Shown here: positions 39,001 to 54,000 of the stretch, piece after piece | Layout: the number at the start of each line of letters is the position of its first letter | Numbering within the stretch: the first letter of the stretch is position 1 | NCBI GenBank assembly: GCA_002633005.1 | Contig: NMRA01000003.1 | Span: 2,594,883-2,658,882 of the forward strand | Source: Phoronis australis | Lineage: Eukaryota; Animalia; Phoronida | Direction of reading: 5' to 3' | DNA: 64,000 nucleotides | Made by a program: the position numbers and the translations under genes | The notes under the pieces: generated by a model | The model's database searches: none | What the model saw: the letters and a program-made list of their open reading frames with translations, nothing else | What the model was told of the DNA's origin: nothing

Positions 39001-42000
39001 TTCACTGTAACTTTAACCTGCACAATTGCCCAATATGCTTGTAACAGCTGAATAACATGTTTCTCAACAGGAGTTTCAACTTTTCCAATCAAGCACACAA
39101 TGACACAAGCAGTAGCAAACAATGGACGATATGTTAGATTTTTATGAGGAACTCAAGGAGTAAGATTGTGAGTCGAAAGCGATAACAAAATCTAGATAAA
39201 CTGTAAGCTTACACTATTTCTAATCACTTTATTTAGTTTCCATGTACTGTGGAAAGTGTTTGGAGAATTTGGACTAATTACTGACCACAACACCGACACC
39301 AAAACCATTTACATAATGGATTCCCTGATCACTCATTGCTGATACACTACTTATGACGTCAAATGCACAGGGGTGACCTTTCTAGCTTACCAGGAGCATT
39401 TGAACTAGGGTGGCAAATAACAGGTGAATGGCTGGAATTTTAGAGAGGTGACTAGGAGGTGACTAGGCTTATTTGTAATAATAGTAAGGCAGGTAACTGA
39501 AATGCATTATAATATTAGCATTGATTCCAGGATTTGCACTTGATGAGCATTGGTTGTAGAAATGTTAAGCCATTTACCTGGTGCTTCTTCAGACTTCTTC
39601 TGCTTTTGGTTCTCAACAACAGGTGGCTCTGCAGCATCAGCTGACGTCTGCTTCCTGCTCTTGTTGATTGTAGCATAGACTGGTTCAGCTTTAGGAGTAA
39701 CACTTCCACCACGCTCCTTTCCTTTATTTCCTGACGGTGGTTTCTTATCTGAGAATTGTATTGTTTCGTATGGATTAAAATCAGCGCTAGGTGTTTGAGG
39801 AAGAATATTAGCCACCTCCATATCAGACTGCTCATCATCCGATGAGCTCATAGCATCCACATCAACATGAGCCTCCTCTAGCGTACTTGTCAATGTCAAG
39901 TTATTTGGCGTCTTGCGACCATTAGTCAGGGACGCATTTGATGTATGTACAGCATTACTATGGGCTATAGCAATACGCTCAACAACAGGACGTGGCTGTG
40001 ACATAGGCTTTCTGGTTTCAGTCTTTTCAGATTGTGTAGAGAGTGGTGCGTGTTCTGCTACAGACATATTGCTGCCTGAACTGAAGCTGTTTTGGTTCAC
40101 CTGCCGCAGCCCTGCTGGGTCCTCAAAGTCTCCCTCATAGCCACTAATGGAGTCTCCCTTGACCTTCACTTGAGACAGTAACAGTTGCACCTGACGAGGC
40201 GAGTTCTTGATCAGATCTACAGCCACCTGTTGGGGCATCCCCTCCAAGCTCTGACCATTGATAGCAACAATGCGGTCTCCTGCAGGAAAAAAACCAATAG
40301 ATATTCTACTCATAACACCACACAGCATGTGAAGTAACCAATAGTATTGTAAACCTTGGGCTTGTGCGGTAAAATCTCATCAATTTAAGACACAATATGG
40401 CCGATGAGTGAAATTTTATTTTCTCATTTTTTCAATGGAAGATAGGTAGCACCAAGGTTATGCTTTCCTATTTTCAAGTTCTGCACAAAAGCTGTCACCA
40501 AACGTTTTGAACAATTGTGGGCATTCACATCATTGTGAAAAGGGGAATTTCAGTAATTGCTTTTGTCCGAATTTTTTGAGATTTTACCATAATTGAAGAA
40601 TTGTGAAAAAACAGGGAGAGCTTATACATTGATGGACATGATCCAGCATTTGTGCAAAAGCCATGAGAGACATGAAATGCAGTGCCATTAGAAGCATTAC
40701 ATCATAATGTGAACCATGCTTCTACGTTGGTGTGAACAATGCATTACCAGACACACACTACTTCATAGTGTGAACCATGCTTTGCCAGACACGCACTACT
40801 ACAAGGTGTGAACCATGCCTTGCCAGACACACACTACTTCATAATATGAACAATGCATTACCAGACACACACCACTTCATAGCGTGGACCATGTTTTGCC
40901 AGACACGCACTACTACAAGGTGTGAACCATGCCTTGCCAGACACACACTACTTCATAATATGAACAATGCATTACCAGACACACACCACTTCATAGCGTG
41001 GACCATGTTTTGCCAGACACGCACTACTACAAGGTGTGAACCATGCCTTGCCAGACACACACTACTTCATAATATGAACAATGCATTACCAGACACACAC
41101 CACTTCATAGCGTGGACCATGTTTTGCCAGACACGCACTACTACAAGGTGTGAACCATGCCTTGCCAGACACACACTACTTCATAATATGAACNCAAGCT
41201 CTGACCATTGATAGCAACAATGCGGTCTCCTGCAGGAAAATACAGTAAATATTCTCAACAAAGCCTACTCGTAACATCATACAGCATGTGAAGTAACCAA
41301 TAGTATTGTAAACCTTACGCTCATACAGTAAAATCTCATCAATTTAGGACATAGTATTGACGATAAGTGAAATTTTATTTTTTCATTTTTTAACACCAAA
41401 GTTATGCTTTCCTGTGTTCAAGTTCTGCACAACAGTTGCCACCAAACAATGTTTTGAAAAATTGTGGACATTCACGTCAATGTCACAAGTCTTTGAAAAA
41501 TGAAAAAAGGGCAATTTCAGAAATTATTTTTGTCCGAATTTGTTGTAATTTTACCGTAATTGAGGAATTGTGAAAAAACAGGGAGAGTTTATACACTGCT
41601 GGACATGATCCAGCATTTGTGCAAAAACAAAAATAGACATGAAATGCAGAGCCATTAGAAGCATTACATCATAATGTGAACCATGCTTCTACGTTGGTGT
41701 GAACAATGCATTACCAGACACACACTACTTCATAGTGTGAACCATGCTTTGCCAGCACACACTATTACATGGTGTAAACCATGCTTTGCCAGACATGTGC
41801 TACAATATAACATAGTGTGAACCATGCTTTGCCAGACACACACTACTTCATGGAATGAACTACGTATGTTTCACCAGGTACACTGTTTCAAGGTGTGAAC
41901 TTAGTTTGGTTGTAAATAACAAGCAATCACAAAGTTTACCAGGGAAGACTGAGCCAGTCTGGTCAGCAGGTCCCCCAGGGATGACAGTCTTGATGAAGAT

Positions 42001-45000
42001 ACCCAGATCGAGTGCACGGGGGTCCTCTCCTCCAACCACAGTGATACCAAGACCACCAGAGCTGTCTTTGGCAACAGCAACCATGGTGATGTGCCTCTCG
42101 GGGCTATCGGGTACAGGAATGTTCTCAAATCTCTCGTTGAGTGAATCTACAAGGAGATTGAAGATGCTGAACATACTGGTAATTGAGAAACGTGCACTGT
42201 TGTCAAGAAACTGTTGCTTTCCAGATTTCTACTGCTGCAAATAAGAGTCAAATGCCTTTCACACAATTGACTAATTTCTTACAAATCTAATTACACACAG
42301 ATTGAAATGCCATGCTGCCACAGTGAACTGAATATTTAATCACTGCAGATATGAGCATTTGTGCACTGCTGAAATTGACGCCATGCACTGTAATTATGAT
42401 TATGCACTTTACACGAACCTGACAGATCTAAAATTGGGCAGAGCAACAAAGAAAAGTCACGAAATGTCACTTTGAGCTCTAAAGTAATCTGGTACCAATG
42501 AAATTACTGTTATTTCAAAATTTATAATCAAGATTTTCTACTCTCTGACTACATGTTTTGGAACCATAAACCGAAGTCTCACCAGAAATGGTTTCACTGA
42601 GGTGTGGGAACAAACTTCTGTCTTGTGAGTAAATACTAGCATCTACAAATTAAATGCCATAAGCACACTAAAGGCAGGTGATCAATGCAGTTATCTGGAC
42701 AACATCACACTACATGAATGTGTATCTACAATTAGAATGAATATCAACTGGTGATTGGCTGGTATGTGAGTCAAGACCAGAGGTCAAAGTGCAGCTTAGA
42801 ACAAAGTACTAATCGTCAAGCACAAGTTAAGATATGGTGTTATGAACTCACAGTTCACAAGCACATTATGAATATTTCAAATATTTACATTAATTAAGTT
42901 GATTTTGCACCCATTAGAAAACTAAGAAGTGAAGAAATGGTATGGCTAAGTACAGTATTTGTAACAATGAGTTTGTTGTGCATTCTAATATCATTTTCAA
43001 GCAGTTCAGAGAGTGCAGACTTCTGCTAAAACATCACACCAACCTTCTCAGCCAACTTACCAACAACGTATGCCTTTGTACTTTTTCCACCAGGGGTCAT
43101 GCTGGTACGGGGCTGCCGGTGTTGTGAATGTGTGGCCATATTTGGGGTGTTGCGCTGAGCCTCAATCAAAGGGTGATCATTGGCAAATAAAGGTGGCCTA
43201 GAAGTACACAATATGGTATTCTCAAGAGAAAATGTAACAAGAAGTGAAACTACAACACATTGAAAACTTCGTAAAAATCTCGTCAAAAAGATAAAATATG
43301 ACATCCATAACTGAATGCTACAAGATATCTGCCAGGACACATTTGATCTGTTATATATTCCACATTTTTCCTTGACATGATATTTCTATTATAAAACTCT
43401 CCCCAAGTACCCCCTTTTCCCTTCGTGAATTCCCACAACAGGAAATAGGAAATGACCGACAAGGAAATTTTCAATAAAAACACTAAACAAGATGATTGAA
43501 TTCAATTTTGTCAAAAAAACACATGAACTTGACTGACAACCATTAGATCAATTTCCATAATTTTCCTGAACAGCAGCAAACAGAACTGAACACACTATGA
43601 GCTTACAAGGAGAATATGATACACATTGTTAAGTGCTATATATGTGACCCACAAAATATTGAGACAACAATACACCATATCAACTTTGCTCAAACGAAAT
43701 TGTCACAAAGAACAGCGTAGCAGCAAAAACAGAATGTTGAAGGCACTACAGTAAATACGCACAAAATTGAAGAGACTTTTGACTACTTAAAACACAGTAA
43801 TACACCCTAATCATGTTACCTGTTGAACGATCCAGCATGGGATTTGGTAACCCTTCTAGACCCTGCTAACTGTACCTCTGTATAAGGACTCTCTTCCTGT
43901 AATGGGTTATAACCAGACGATAGTTTGGAAATCTAATGGAAGCAGCAAGAACACATCATATACAAAAGCCAGAAATTTTCGTTAAGGACAATGATGTTAC
44001 GTACCAAAATAAAACACAGTTTCCAGTTACTGGCCATCGTGCAAATTGAAAACGAACAGTATCCTGGCTAGTGCATCTCAAACGGGAGAAGTGAACTCGT
44101 TATACTGCAAATAAGACGCACGTTCTGAGAAGTGAACGTGTTTTACCTCAAAATAGGACACAAGTTCTGAAAAGTGAACTCGTTTTACTTCCATCACTCG
44201 AGCACTCCAGCTTTTAAACATTCCCAATCAGCCCAGCATGCTTTGCAACACGATAACTAATCAAACACATGTCCCTTTCTCCCCATGTGATACACACCAG
44301 TCATAACCAAACACATGACTTAAGCCAGACATGTAAAATTTGACAACGGTTGATTTGCAAATGAAAATAGCAACAAAGAGAGAGATGACGCTAGGCTAAC
44401 ACTGTCCCTCCTGGCAAGCTCATTAGCATCACTTGTCAAAACACTTCAAACGAATTAGGCAATCTGTCAAAATTGACATTGATTATTTGTAAGAAGTCTC
44501 CTGTTATGTTCTAAGACAGTTAACAGTTATAAACCAATAATTCACAGTAGTCCCTGGGGATTTATTGCTAGTTTAAACAAGCTGCAAGATCATCATGCGG
44601 AACTACACGCGGCAAGAAAACTAATGTAAACCATTAAGCCGTGCAAGACCCAATCAGTCTATAAACAGGTATCACAGCTAAAAATAAAACAAGGGAACAT
44701 CAGAGGTTAATAAAATAATATGAATTGATCAAAATGCTTCTATGCGTTGACTAAAGAGTCCAGGGACCGCTCCAAGAAAACTGGCTTAGCTAAGACAAAT
44801 CCTAAATTTCAGCCAATTTTCAGATAAAACTAAAATTTGTTGTAAGACCGATTCAAGAAAGAGATTAAGTTTGACTTGAGTTTTTTATTTAAATGTTTTG
44901 TCTTAACTTTGACTATCTTACAGGATATGGAAACTTCAAAGTTTGGAATTTGAGACAAATCTTAGACCTAAGTCAAAAATGAATTTAAGTCAGTTTCTTG

Positions 45001-48000
45001 GTACAGGTTCCTGTGTTAATATTACAATTCGTGAACCCGAATCTCTTTGATCCCATAAACCCACCACAGACACAAAAGAGTTTGAACAGTTTGAACAAAC
45101 CTCTTCCATATCTTCATCTTGTTCACTATCAGCTGGTGATTCTGGAGACAGGTCTATATCATCCCTCTCAGGGATGGGTACATACTCTACTTTATCTGTC
45201 ATAGCACCTTCAGAGGGGTAATCTAGACGAGAATTTACATACATGGAAACAAACAGAATAGGATGCTCCATTTTAATCTGTATAAAAAATAAAAAACCCG
45301 CAGGAAACACCAACAATTAGAAATCCACCACAATTTTATTTTTCTCAATGATATACATAATTTATAAACTTATATCTGGATATTCATCAACCACTCTTGG
45401 AATTCTGATGAACTTAATTTTTTCAAGTTTTTGTTTAGAGCAGGTATCACTGTGACATAAAATCTCTGAAAATGATTTGTTAGGAGAATACAGACGGAAA
45501 TTGTTGTTTAAAAAAATAAGCTGTTATTTACAATAACGAATACAAAAGAAACAATATTTTTTTAATAATGAAATTCCCTTCACTTCTTTCATATTGATGC
45601 TAAGACAAACAACGACATTACACTACACTCAATGCATAACTCATGACCATTTACAGTGACAGCACAGGCTGGCACAAATATTGTGTTCTGAAGAAGTCAT
45701 AACAAGGCATCTCACTGGCTGTAATCTGATTGTAACAGTTAATGCATCGATCCACTCACCCTAGTAAGTCAGATCAGGATGTGACTGGATAGCAGTGAAC
45801 ATTATTACAATATCCAGTATTAACCATTAGTATTTACATCTGGGTTAATAAGGACCAATAATCAGTATTTTTTAGAAATTAAATAAAAAATTTATCGTAA
45901 CTGATGACCCTTAAAAGTAAAACCACATTTTAGCAAATTTATGTTTGTAATTAAGTATTATCTGTCACACTGAAAATATCAAACTAAATTATGAAAGGTA
46001 ACTGCTTCTCTCCAAACTTTTTATGATTGACACAGACACCCACCATTTCTGAACATTTGAGAGACATTTTCTCTGGATCTCATTTGGATCTGGAACCTGT
46101 GTTGTGTTGTGCACTGCTGTAGCAGGTAGCGACCCCTGGTGACGAGAAACATAAATCAGCCAAACCACATTTTTAAACAGAGCACTATCACATGGAGAAA
46201 AAGTAAAATGCTTGCACAAAACTGGCCAACTACAAAGTTCTCAATCATTTAACAGTAAAATTGTAGCATTCAGAACTAAAACCAATAAAATATTTATTGC
46301 AAAGGCTATTAAAAAACAAGTCATAAAGTAGACCTATGTCATTCTTGGACTATAAATTAGCATTGCAGATAGTTTAGTAATGGTGCAGGAAGTGTCCAGG
46401 ATATTCTCAGGAAACCTTTATCTTAAAAAGTAAATGATTTTAAAGCTTTTTGTCACATCGTTGCAATTAAAACACTCAATCTAAACAAAATTAGATCATG
46501 TGCACTTATTATACTAAAAGTAGAAACTGTTATTACATAAGAAAACGCGTTGCAAAGTGTAACAAAAATTAGGAGTACTTTTAGAGAAATCACACTTAAA
46601 CAAAGACCAACTACAGGACTACACAAAGAACTATCTACGGAAAACAAATGTGGACACAAAAAATCAGACGTTATACCTGTTAAATCTAGCACCACCATCG
46701 CTAAAACAAAAACAAAGTTAAACAGAGATTACAACTTTGAGAAGTAACACCTCAGATTCTGTCAATTATTCTTTGACAATCACTACATGGAGGCTTTCAA
46801 CTCAAATAAAACGATTTAATAAATGCATGACAACTATGAGGGAAAAAGTTAGTGACAAACCCTTGTACTCACTTTTTGTAACTTTCTGTGTAGTAGCTGA
46901 ATTTGCTCAATTTTAAGACTTCGCTGTCTGACTTAGGCAAGATGCTGAATCGACGACGATTAAAGGAAATTTTTTCCGTCTGAACCCATGGATGACGATG
47001 AACAATTTTGCGTTCGCTACCACTTTTCTCTGCCAAGTACAGACCGTGCACGCTTAAACCAGCCCAAATGTGACTGTAATAGTCGTTCTTGTTCTGAAAT
47101 AGGAATGACTTGGATTAAATAAAACATGCTGAACAGAGAATACAGCATAATCCACACAGACAATCAATGCATTACAGAACTAAATGTGAAATTAATTAAT
47201 ATTTTAGGACAGTAATACATTGAAACTGCAATATGATTTCCATATTCAGTCACCTCAGAGGATAGCAACCGTGTTGAAAAAAAAATTTAATAATTACCTT
47301 CAAAACTTTGTGAAAATGAATTCCATACTCTTCCAACTTTTGGGACTCCTAGAATAAAATCACTCTTTAAAAATGGCATCAACAATAGTACAAAAAAATT
47401 TTGAGAATGAAATAGACAATCATGACTATTACTATCTGACAATACCCAGGTGAGTTAGTCTATTTACAACAAAACATGTACGGGAAGGAACGAAGAAGAA
47501 GTCAATATCTCCGACCACTTCCCAGAATTCCCAATTTATTTTGGAAGTTTAAAGTACATTGCAGCAACCACTTACTGTTGATGCTTATACAACCTCCGTA
47601 TTGTTTTTCAGAATCACGTAGATACATAATATACACTGACTTCTACAAGATGGCAGATAGGTAACAAATGATGAATTTATTCATTTCCACCATGTTCATG
47701 GCGATGTCAATGTCATAAAATTGTAATTTTCATCAGCAGAATCTGATTCAGCAAATCACAAAACCAAACACAGCGCCAAAATCAAAACTGACCTGCAAAT
47801 ACTTCATCTCTGATTCTATCTCGCCACAGCCTGCTTGCTGCACATGTAGCGGCGGCAAGTTGTCGCGAAAATAGCTAGTGCCCAGCCTGCGGAGGAGTCG
47901 TGGTGAAATGTAGTGCTCTGGCTGGAAGTAGTTCCGCCCATGAATCTCCCTGTTGTAGTCTCCGTACTCCGCCTGCAGTGCTAGTGCAGACAATGACAGC

Positions 48001-51000
48001 ATCTCCTCTTCAGAGCACAAAGTGCGTTCTTCAAGGACGTCTCTCCTCAGTTGGAGGTAAAATAGGTGCTTCGTGGAGCCATGTCTATAAAAATGACTAA
48101 TATAAGCACAAAAGCACCAAATATGTTGAACACCTTACATTCACACCATTCACTGCTGGATATTTGTCCTAGGATACAGCTATATTTATACAAAAGAGTC
48201 CAATGAACAATAACAATCGATTGTGATGGACGAACACGGGATTCAACTAACTAAATAATAACACACTGTAATGTTTTGACAAAAACCGTTGTGATTATTA
48301 CATATCAAACGTGCTGAATGCTTACTTGAGAGCAGCTAGCCTGTTGACATAAAATCTGACCCTGAAGAAAAGTGTGAAGACTGATGGAAGTTGTCCTTTG
48401 GGTGGCTCCTTCCAGTCAGCCGGCGCCACCTTGTGTAGTTTAGTGTCAGCATCAATAAAGAAATGCTCACCATCTGTAAATGGACAGCAAAAGGAGATTT
48501 ACTCAGTATTGTTGCGATAACGCAAACTAAAGCCAAATACAACTCTGATGGTGATATCAAGCAAACAGAGTAGTATATCATAAAAATGCAAACTTATAAA
48601 ACAAAAATGCAATGAAACAACTAAGAACAAATAGACAAAACACAATAGCTTCTCCTCCATTCAGAGGGACACATTTTCTTATAATTCACTGCTTAAATTG
48701 AAAATTACTAATTAAGTTACCAAGTCATACAAAATGTGCTACAAAAGTTTGCTAGCGATAGAAAATGAAGTTCCTTCCAAAACAGATTTTCCTGCAAGTT
48801 AAAAAGTATCGAAGTCCAACAATTTTGACATGGCTGGCCAGACCTCAAACCCTTGCCGTCTTGCCATTAATACATTTGCTGTCAGCTGTTCTCTCAATCT
48901 CTGCTGATGCTTGAAACTAATTGCCAACAAAGCAAGGCAAAATTTAAGCCTAGTTAGACACGAATATTTAGCTTATTTCCACATTTAGACAATAAGTGGA
49001 AAGTGTAGTTCAAAACTCACCTTTCACATGCGTGATACCAAAGAAGTAGTGTTCAGGTAGTGACAGATGACTGACCACGGTCTCCAGTAACTCACTACCC
49101 TGGGTGCGTGTGTTACACGCCACTAATAATCTCTCTCCACTCAGCAACACGACGTTAACCTTTCTGGCCTGAGCCTTCTTCCTGTGTTTGATGACTGGAA
49201 CACGCAGCTCAACTTCAGGCTCCTGAGCTTTTGCAACGAACTCTGGACCAAAGTGTCTCTAGATGAAAATCAAGATAGGTCCAGATACATGGGAGTTACC
49301 AATGCATTCATAAATACTTGCCAATAATACTCTTTAAATGGACAATAATTGACCTAACACAAGCTCTGCCCCCTTGCGAAAGTTGACAAACAAACAATAA
49401 GTTTCACCCAGCAATGTGTTGTTTGTCGGGTTAAACGGCGGCTTGGAAATGAAGGTGTGTCAAGAATACTGTGTTCTGATTGGTCAGTTAAGCCATCACT
49501 CAAAATCCTGGCGATAGGTCAATTGGTTTTACGGACGAAAAAGAAATGTTTGGAATTATTGTTGGATGAGACTGGGTTCTTGAAGTTATTGGCTATGAGC
49601 AGAACTATAAAACAAGAAAATCTGTTGTTTCTTGCCACGTCTGCCACAGTCACTGAAATCAAAGCCAACAGTTTAGCAATTAAATATGCTTAAAATAGTC
49701 TGTAATTGATTTACTTGGGCTCAGCACAGCCACCAAAGCATCAGCCTGCATTTGCTGGGGTTCCAGATAAAATTTCGCATTGAAGCTGATTTCAGAAAAC
49801 CATTTTTCTTGTCCTTTCAATGCCTTAAAGTAATTCAAACGAAAACCAATCTGATTGCATCTGCTCACTAATGACAGTTCAGTGCTGGGATAAGCATACA
49901 AGTACCTTGCTATCAGTATTATCATAGAAGTGAGTGGGATTTTCCACAGTTTTCATCCTTTTTGTACTCCTTTTAACACTGTGGACAGGTGCATAGGGGT
50001 CGGTACTAGAGACCATGTGATTCAGATAGTGAGGTTCCCAATCACTAACTGTCGACAACATTAGAGCTGGATCCAACACATCATCAGGAGCTTCCCGCCT
50101 ACAAGATGAATATGGCCACACAGCATGGGCAATAAGCAATGTATACAACATTCTGTTGACAATATGATATGAGATGTTCATTTACTTTTGAGTATTTGAA
50201 CTGTCTCTCTAAAAGTGGACCACAGACGGTAACTGTTAACAGTGAATGCAAGGTGTAACACAAAGGATTCAGTGAAATAAGATTAGCACACAAAATATCA
50301 CTTACTGATAAAGACAAGACAAATACTCAATTAAATAAAAACTAGGATGAAAAAACGGAGGGAATATATCTCTGTCAAATATACTCCAAAATAATTTACT
50401 CTATATTCAAAAAATGCAGTCTAGAATAACCATCAAAATAATGCAAAATCAATTTTTTCAGATATCTTTTATCATAATAATGCAAAATCTAGATTAAACT
50501 TACCGACTTCCAGCAGGTTTCTTGCTACGAGTTGTTGACTTCCTCTGCGTTGACCTCCTGACCTCTCGTGGCACATACGGTGCCTCACTACTGACGACAC
50601 TCTCGTCTTGTTCAGGTGTTGAACCACCTGTGGCCATGTGTAATGCAACAGTGGAACCATACTGGGGGTACAGGTGAGGCCGGTAACTCCCTGAAATATA
50701 TTGAGAAGTAAAGCAATACAACAACACTCGACAACATTTTAACTGGTGTCAAGTAGGCATGCTAAAAATCCATCTTACATCAAATTTTATTGATAATTGA
50801 TCAGTAAGGTAAAAATCAAAAACACCACTTCACTTCTCTGCTGCGTCACTAAGTAATCAAAATGATGTGAATGTCATACACAAAGGCGAACACAGGCATT
50901 ATTGAGAATTGTTGATTGACATTTACAGATAAACGATAGGTGGACACTGTCATTTCTAAATTCCCCTTTAACATTTAAAAACTTGAGTTAACATTAAATT

Positions 51001-54000
51001 TCAACCTGTATTGTGGAGCTAGTTAGTAACATGGAGAAGGAGGCACCCTTGTGTGAGCAATGGAGATAATAGAACCTGACTTACCATGGGTATAGGATGG
51101 TGCTGATGCAAGTGATTTTACATCCACATTATCTAGCGAGTGATCACTGAGTGATATGGCATCTACGCTCCTATAATCCTCCACACTCAATCCCCTTCTC
51201 AAGACCTCCAACTTCCGTCTTCGTTCTTTGAGTCGGGCGTAAGTGTTCTCAACAAGAGTGGATCTACGACTTTGCGAATGACCATTAGGATCGCGAGACC
51301 TTTCAAGGCCATTGTTCATGGACGATTTCTGAAGCACACTGCGATGTAAGTTCGTGGAATGCCTCGACTTGTTCATGGACGGTTCATGCGAGTATTTTGA
51401 CAATCTCTGAGATGCTTTTGACATATATGAAGTCAATCGAGAATTTTCCACACCATTAGGTTCAGAACTTCCAAATGATATGTCAGACAAATGATATGAA
51501 GGTCCCATCATAGTCGACTCCTGTAGTGTATCATCTCTTAGTCTTGAACTCTGATAGGTGGTGTTGTTGTTTCGGTTCTGTTGGAATGATTCATTAGTAC
51601 TTGAACTAGCACCTGACTTGTTATAATGGCTGCGATTATGTTTACGTTTGCCTGAGTGGCGTACACTGTCGTGTCCATTAATACTAGCGCCATCCATCCA
51701 GTCTCGGCCAATAGGGCGAGGTCTCTCACTATAACCGTTCTGATGCGAAGAGCCACTGCCACCTGTGAACACACCAAATAAACTATTAGTGATCATAGTC
51801 ACAATGCTTTACACAATAGCTGTATTTCAAAAGTGCCAACGGGTAAAAAACAGAAATAAGTAAACAAACAGCCATCAATGTTTTCCAACACTGGGCATCC
51901 TGTCTGACATGCTGTGTTAAAAGGATACCACACTGGGTTTTGGCCAACTAACGCATATTAAAAACGACTTTTCCATTCAATTTTCTAAACAAAATAATGC
52001 TCTGTAATCAAGAACCACCCTCAATAGTTTGGAGGGAAATTTGAAAACTCTTTTCAAAGTCTGGCAAGCGTGACTTATGCTTTTAGTGAATTACACGTCA
52101 ACTGTGGCAAAAGACCACCCACCAATAACCACAACATCAAATCTGTGACATAAGGAGTATTAGTACTTAGTGATCCTTGCATTCGCCGTCCAAGATTGAT
52201 GCAAATGATGCACTAGTAAGTGAGAGAGTGAAATCATCAAAAGACGATTCAGTAACCTTTTAAATACTGGTGAAAGAAGATAGTGAACAAATGAAATGTA
52301 AGATGATCAGTACATTTTATACACATTTACTCCCGTGAATTTGCTTTGATTAGTTAGTTATTATTTTACAGTTTTCAACAGACAAATGAATAGAACCTTT
52401 ATTATTTTTAATTATTACAATGCCCCATAAGTTAGCATACTAATATTTCAGTTTTCTACAGACAAATAACGTGAATATTTTTATTTTTAATTATTACCAT
52501 GCCTATCCTTGCTTTTTGAACTTGAGTGAGATTTTGAACCAGGCGAAGACTTTGAACTAGCTGGACTACGATTCTTGGTAGAAGTCCTTGTAGGTGACTT
52601 ACTGGGCGTGGCATCCACAAATAAGGAAGTCATCTAAAATTAGAGAACAGACCTTTTCAACAAAAATCAAACGCGGTAACACTTCAGCAGCAAAGTCTGA
52701 TTTAAACAGACGGAGACCCAGAAGAGTGTCCGAGGGTCATAACCATCACCTCATAGTTACCTTTACAATGCTATGACGTTGAAGTACATCCATTCCAAGG
52801 ATTTAGGATACATGACTTTTGAAATGACATGATTTTAATATTTACTATGAAGTTTAACATAAGATGGTTCATTTATTCACATACAAAAAGGACATATACA
52901 ACTGAAGACAACAAATGTAAGATAGCGGCAAGAAAATGACTTACATCTTCAGTGCTACCAAGTACAAGCTTGTATAAACTTGAAATATAGTGAGAGTAGG
53001 GTGGTGCAGAGGTCTGTTTCTGTGAATGGTCAGAGCATGCCTGAAATAAGCAGTGTAAATATACATCACACCACCGTCTGTATGCAATTGTACTGGCAAC
53101 AAATTTAACTAGAGATTCTCCTTTGCTCCAAAAGGTATTTCTAAGAAAGCAAACAAGTATGAAACAATGAGAAATGCTCCATAAAATTCTTAGCATGTCG
53201 CTAACATCCAATGTTATTCAAATAGAACTAGCAGCTAAACCAGCTTACCATTGAACTGTGAACAATGTGAAATATATCTAGAACAGTTTGACACGCCTAC
53301 AGTCAGATCTACGTACTTCTAGAACCTTCACAAGAGACAATCTGAGGTGAGGAGTCTCTTCGCACATGGCACATAATAAAGAATCCAGCCCATCACTGAA
53401 GCCAAGCTCCTAGAAAAACAATAAATTTTGTTAATACGAAGCAGTATTTAAAATTGTCAGAATGGCTACCAAATATAAATAACAGCATCCTACGAAGAAG
53501 TGGAATGAACGTTCATAGGTGGCGCCGTTACATACTGCTGAAATAAAGAGTGTTACCTATCAGCAGCCTGGTTATATTTGAGAGCCTAGCTTCCGGGACT
53601 ATCCTGGGCCCTTCAAAGTACCCTGACAAATATAACCAAGCCGCCGATAGGTAACAATATTTATTTCAATCCTATGAAGAACTATTGATCAACAAAATGC
53701 AATCTCCAAGTATGAGTCCAACCAAAACATCACCAAAATCAAACCTAACTAATTTGGCTTAAATTTATTTCAGTGAACACAACAAATACTGTAACTAAAA
53801 ACAATAGTGACACATAGACCTAGTAAACTGGGTTGCCCTTTCTGGAACTTAACATCATTTCATAAAGAAACAAACACACATATCTAGATGAGCTACGAGT
53901 CTTACCTGGTTCTTAGGAAGATTGTAGTCAGCTGCATTATACATTGTCATACCCAAGGAAAACACATTGATCTGAAAAATATTAATTTATTCAAGATAAA

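Noticed and set aside
40708-41860. 38-bp repeat array as a CRISPR array, or ORF 40777-41211 as a repeat protein
   Set aside because: Monomers are contiguous with no unique spacers, there are no cas genes, the context is a eukaryotic intron, and the ORF is simply the translated satellite.
45760-45785. Possible microexon with GTGAGT donor between coding exons 15 and 16
   Set aside because: It contains an in-frame stop in the required phase, and the flanking exons already join in phase.
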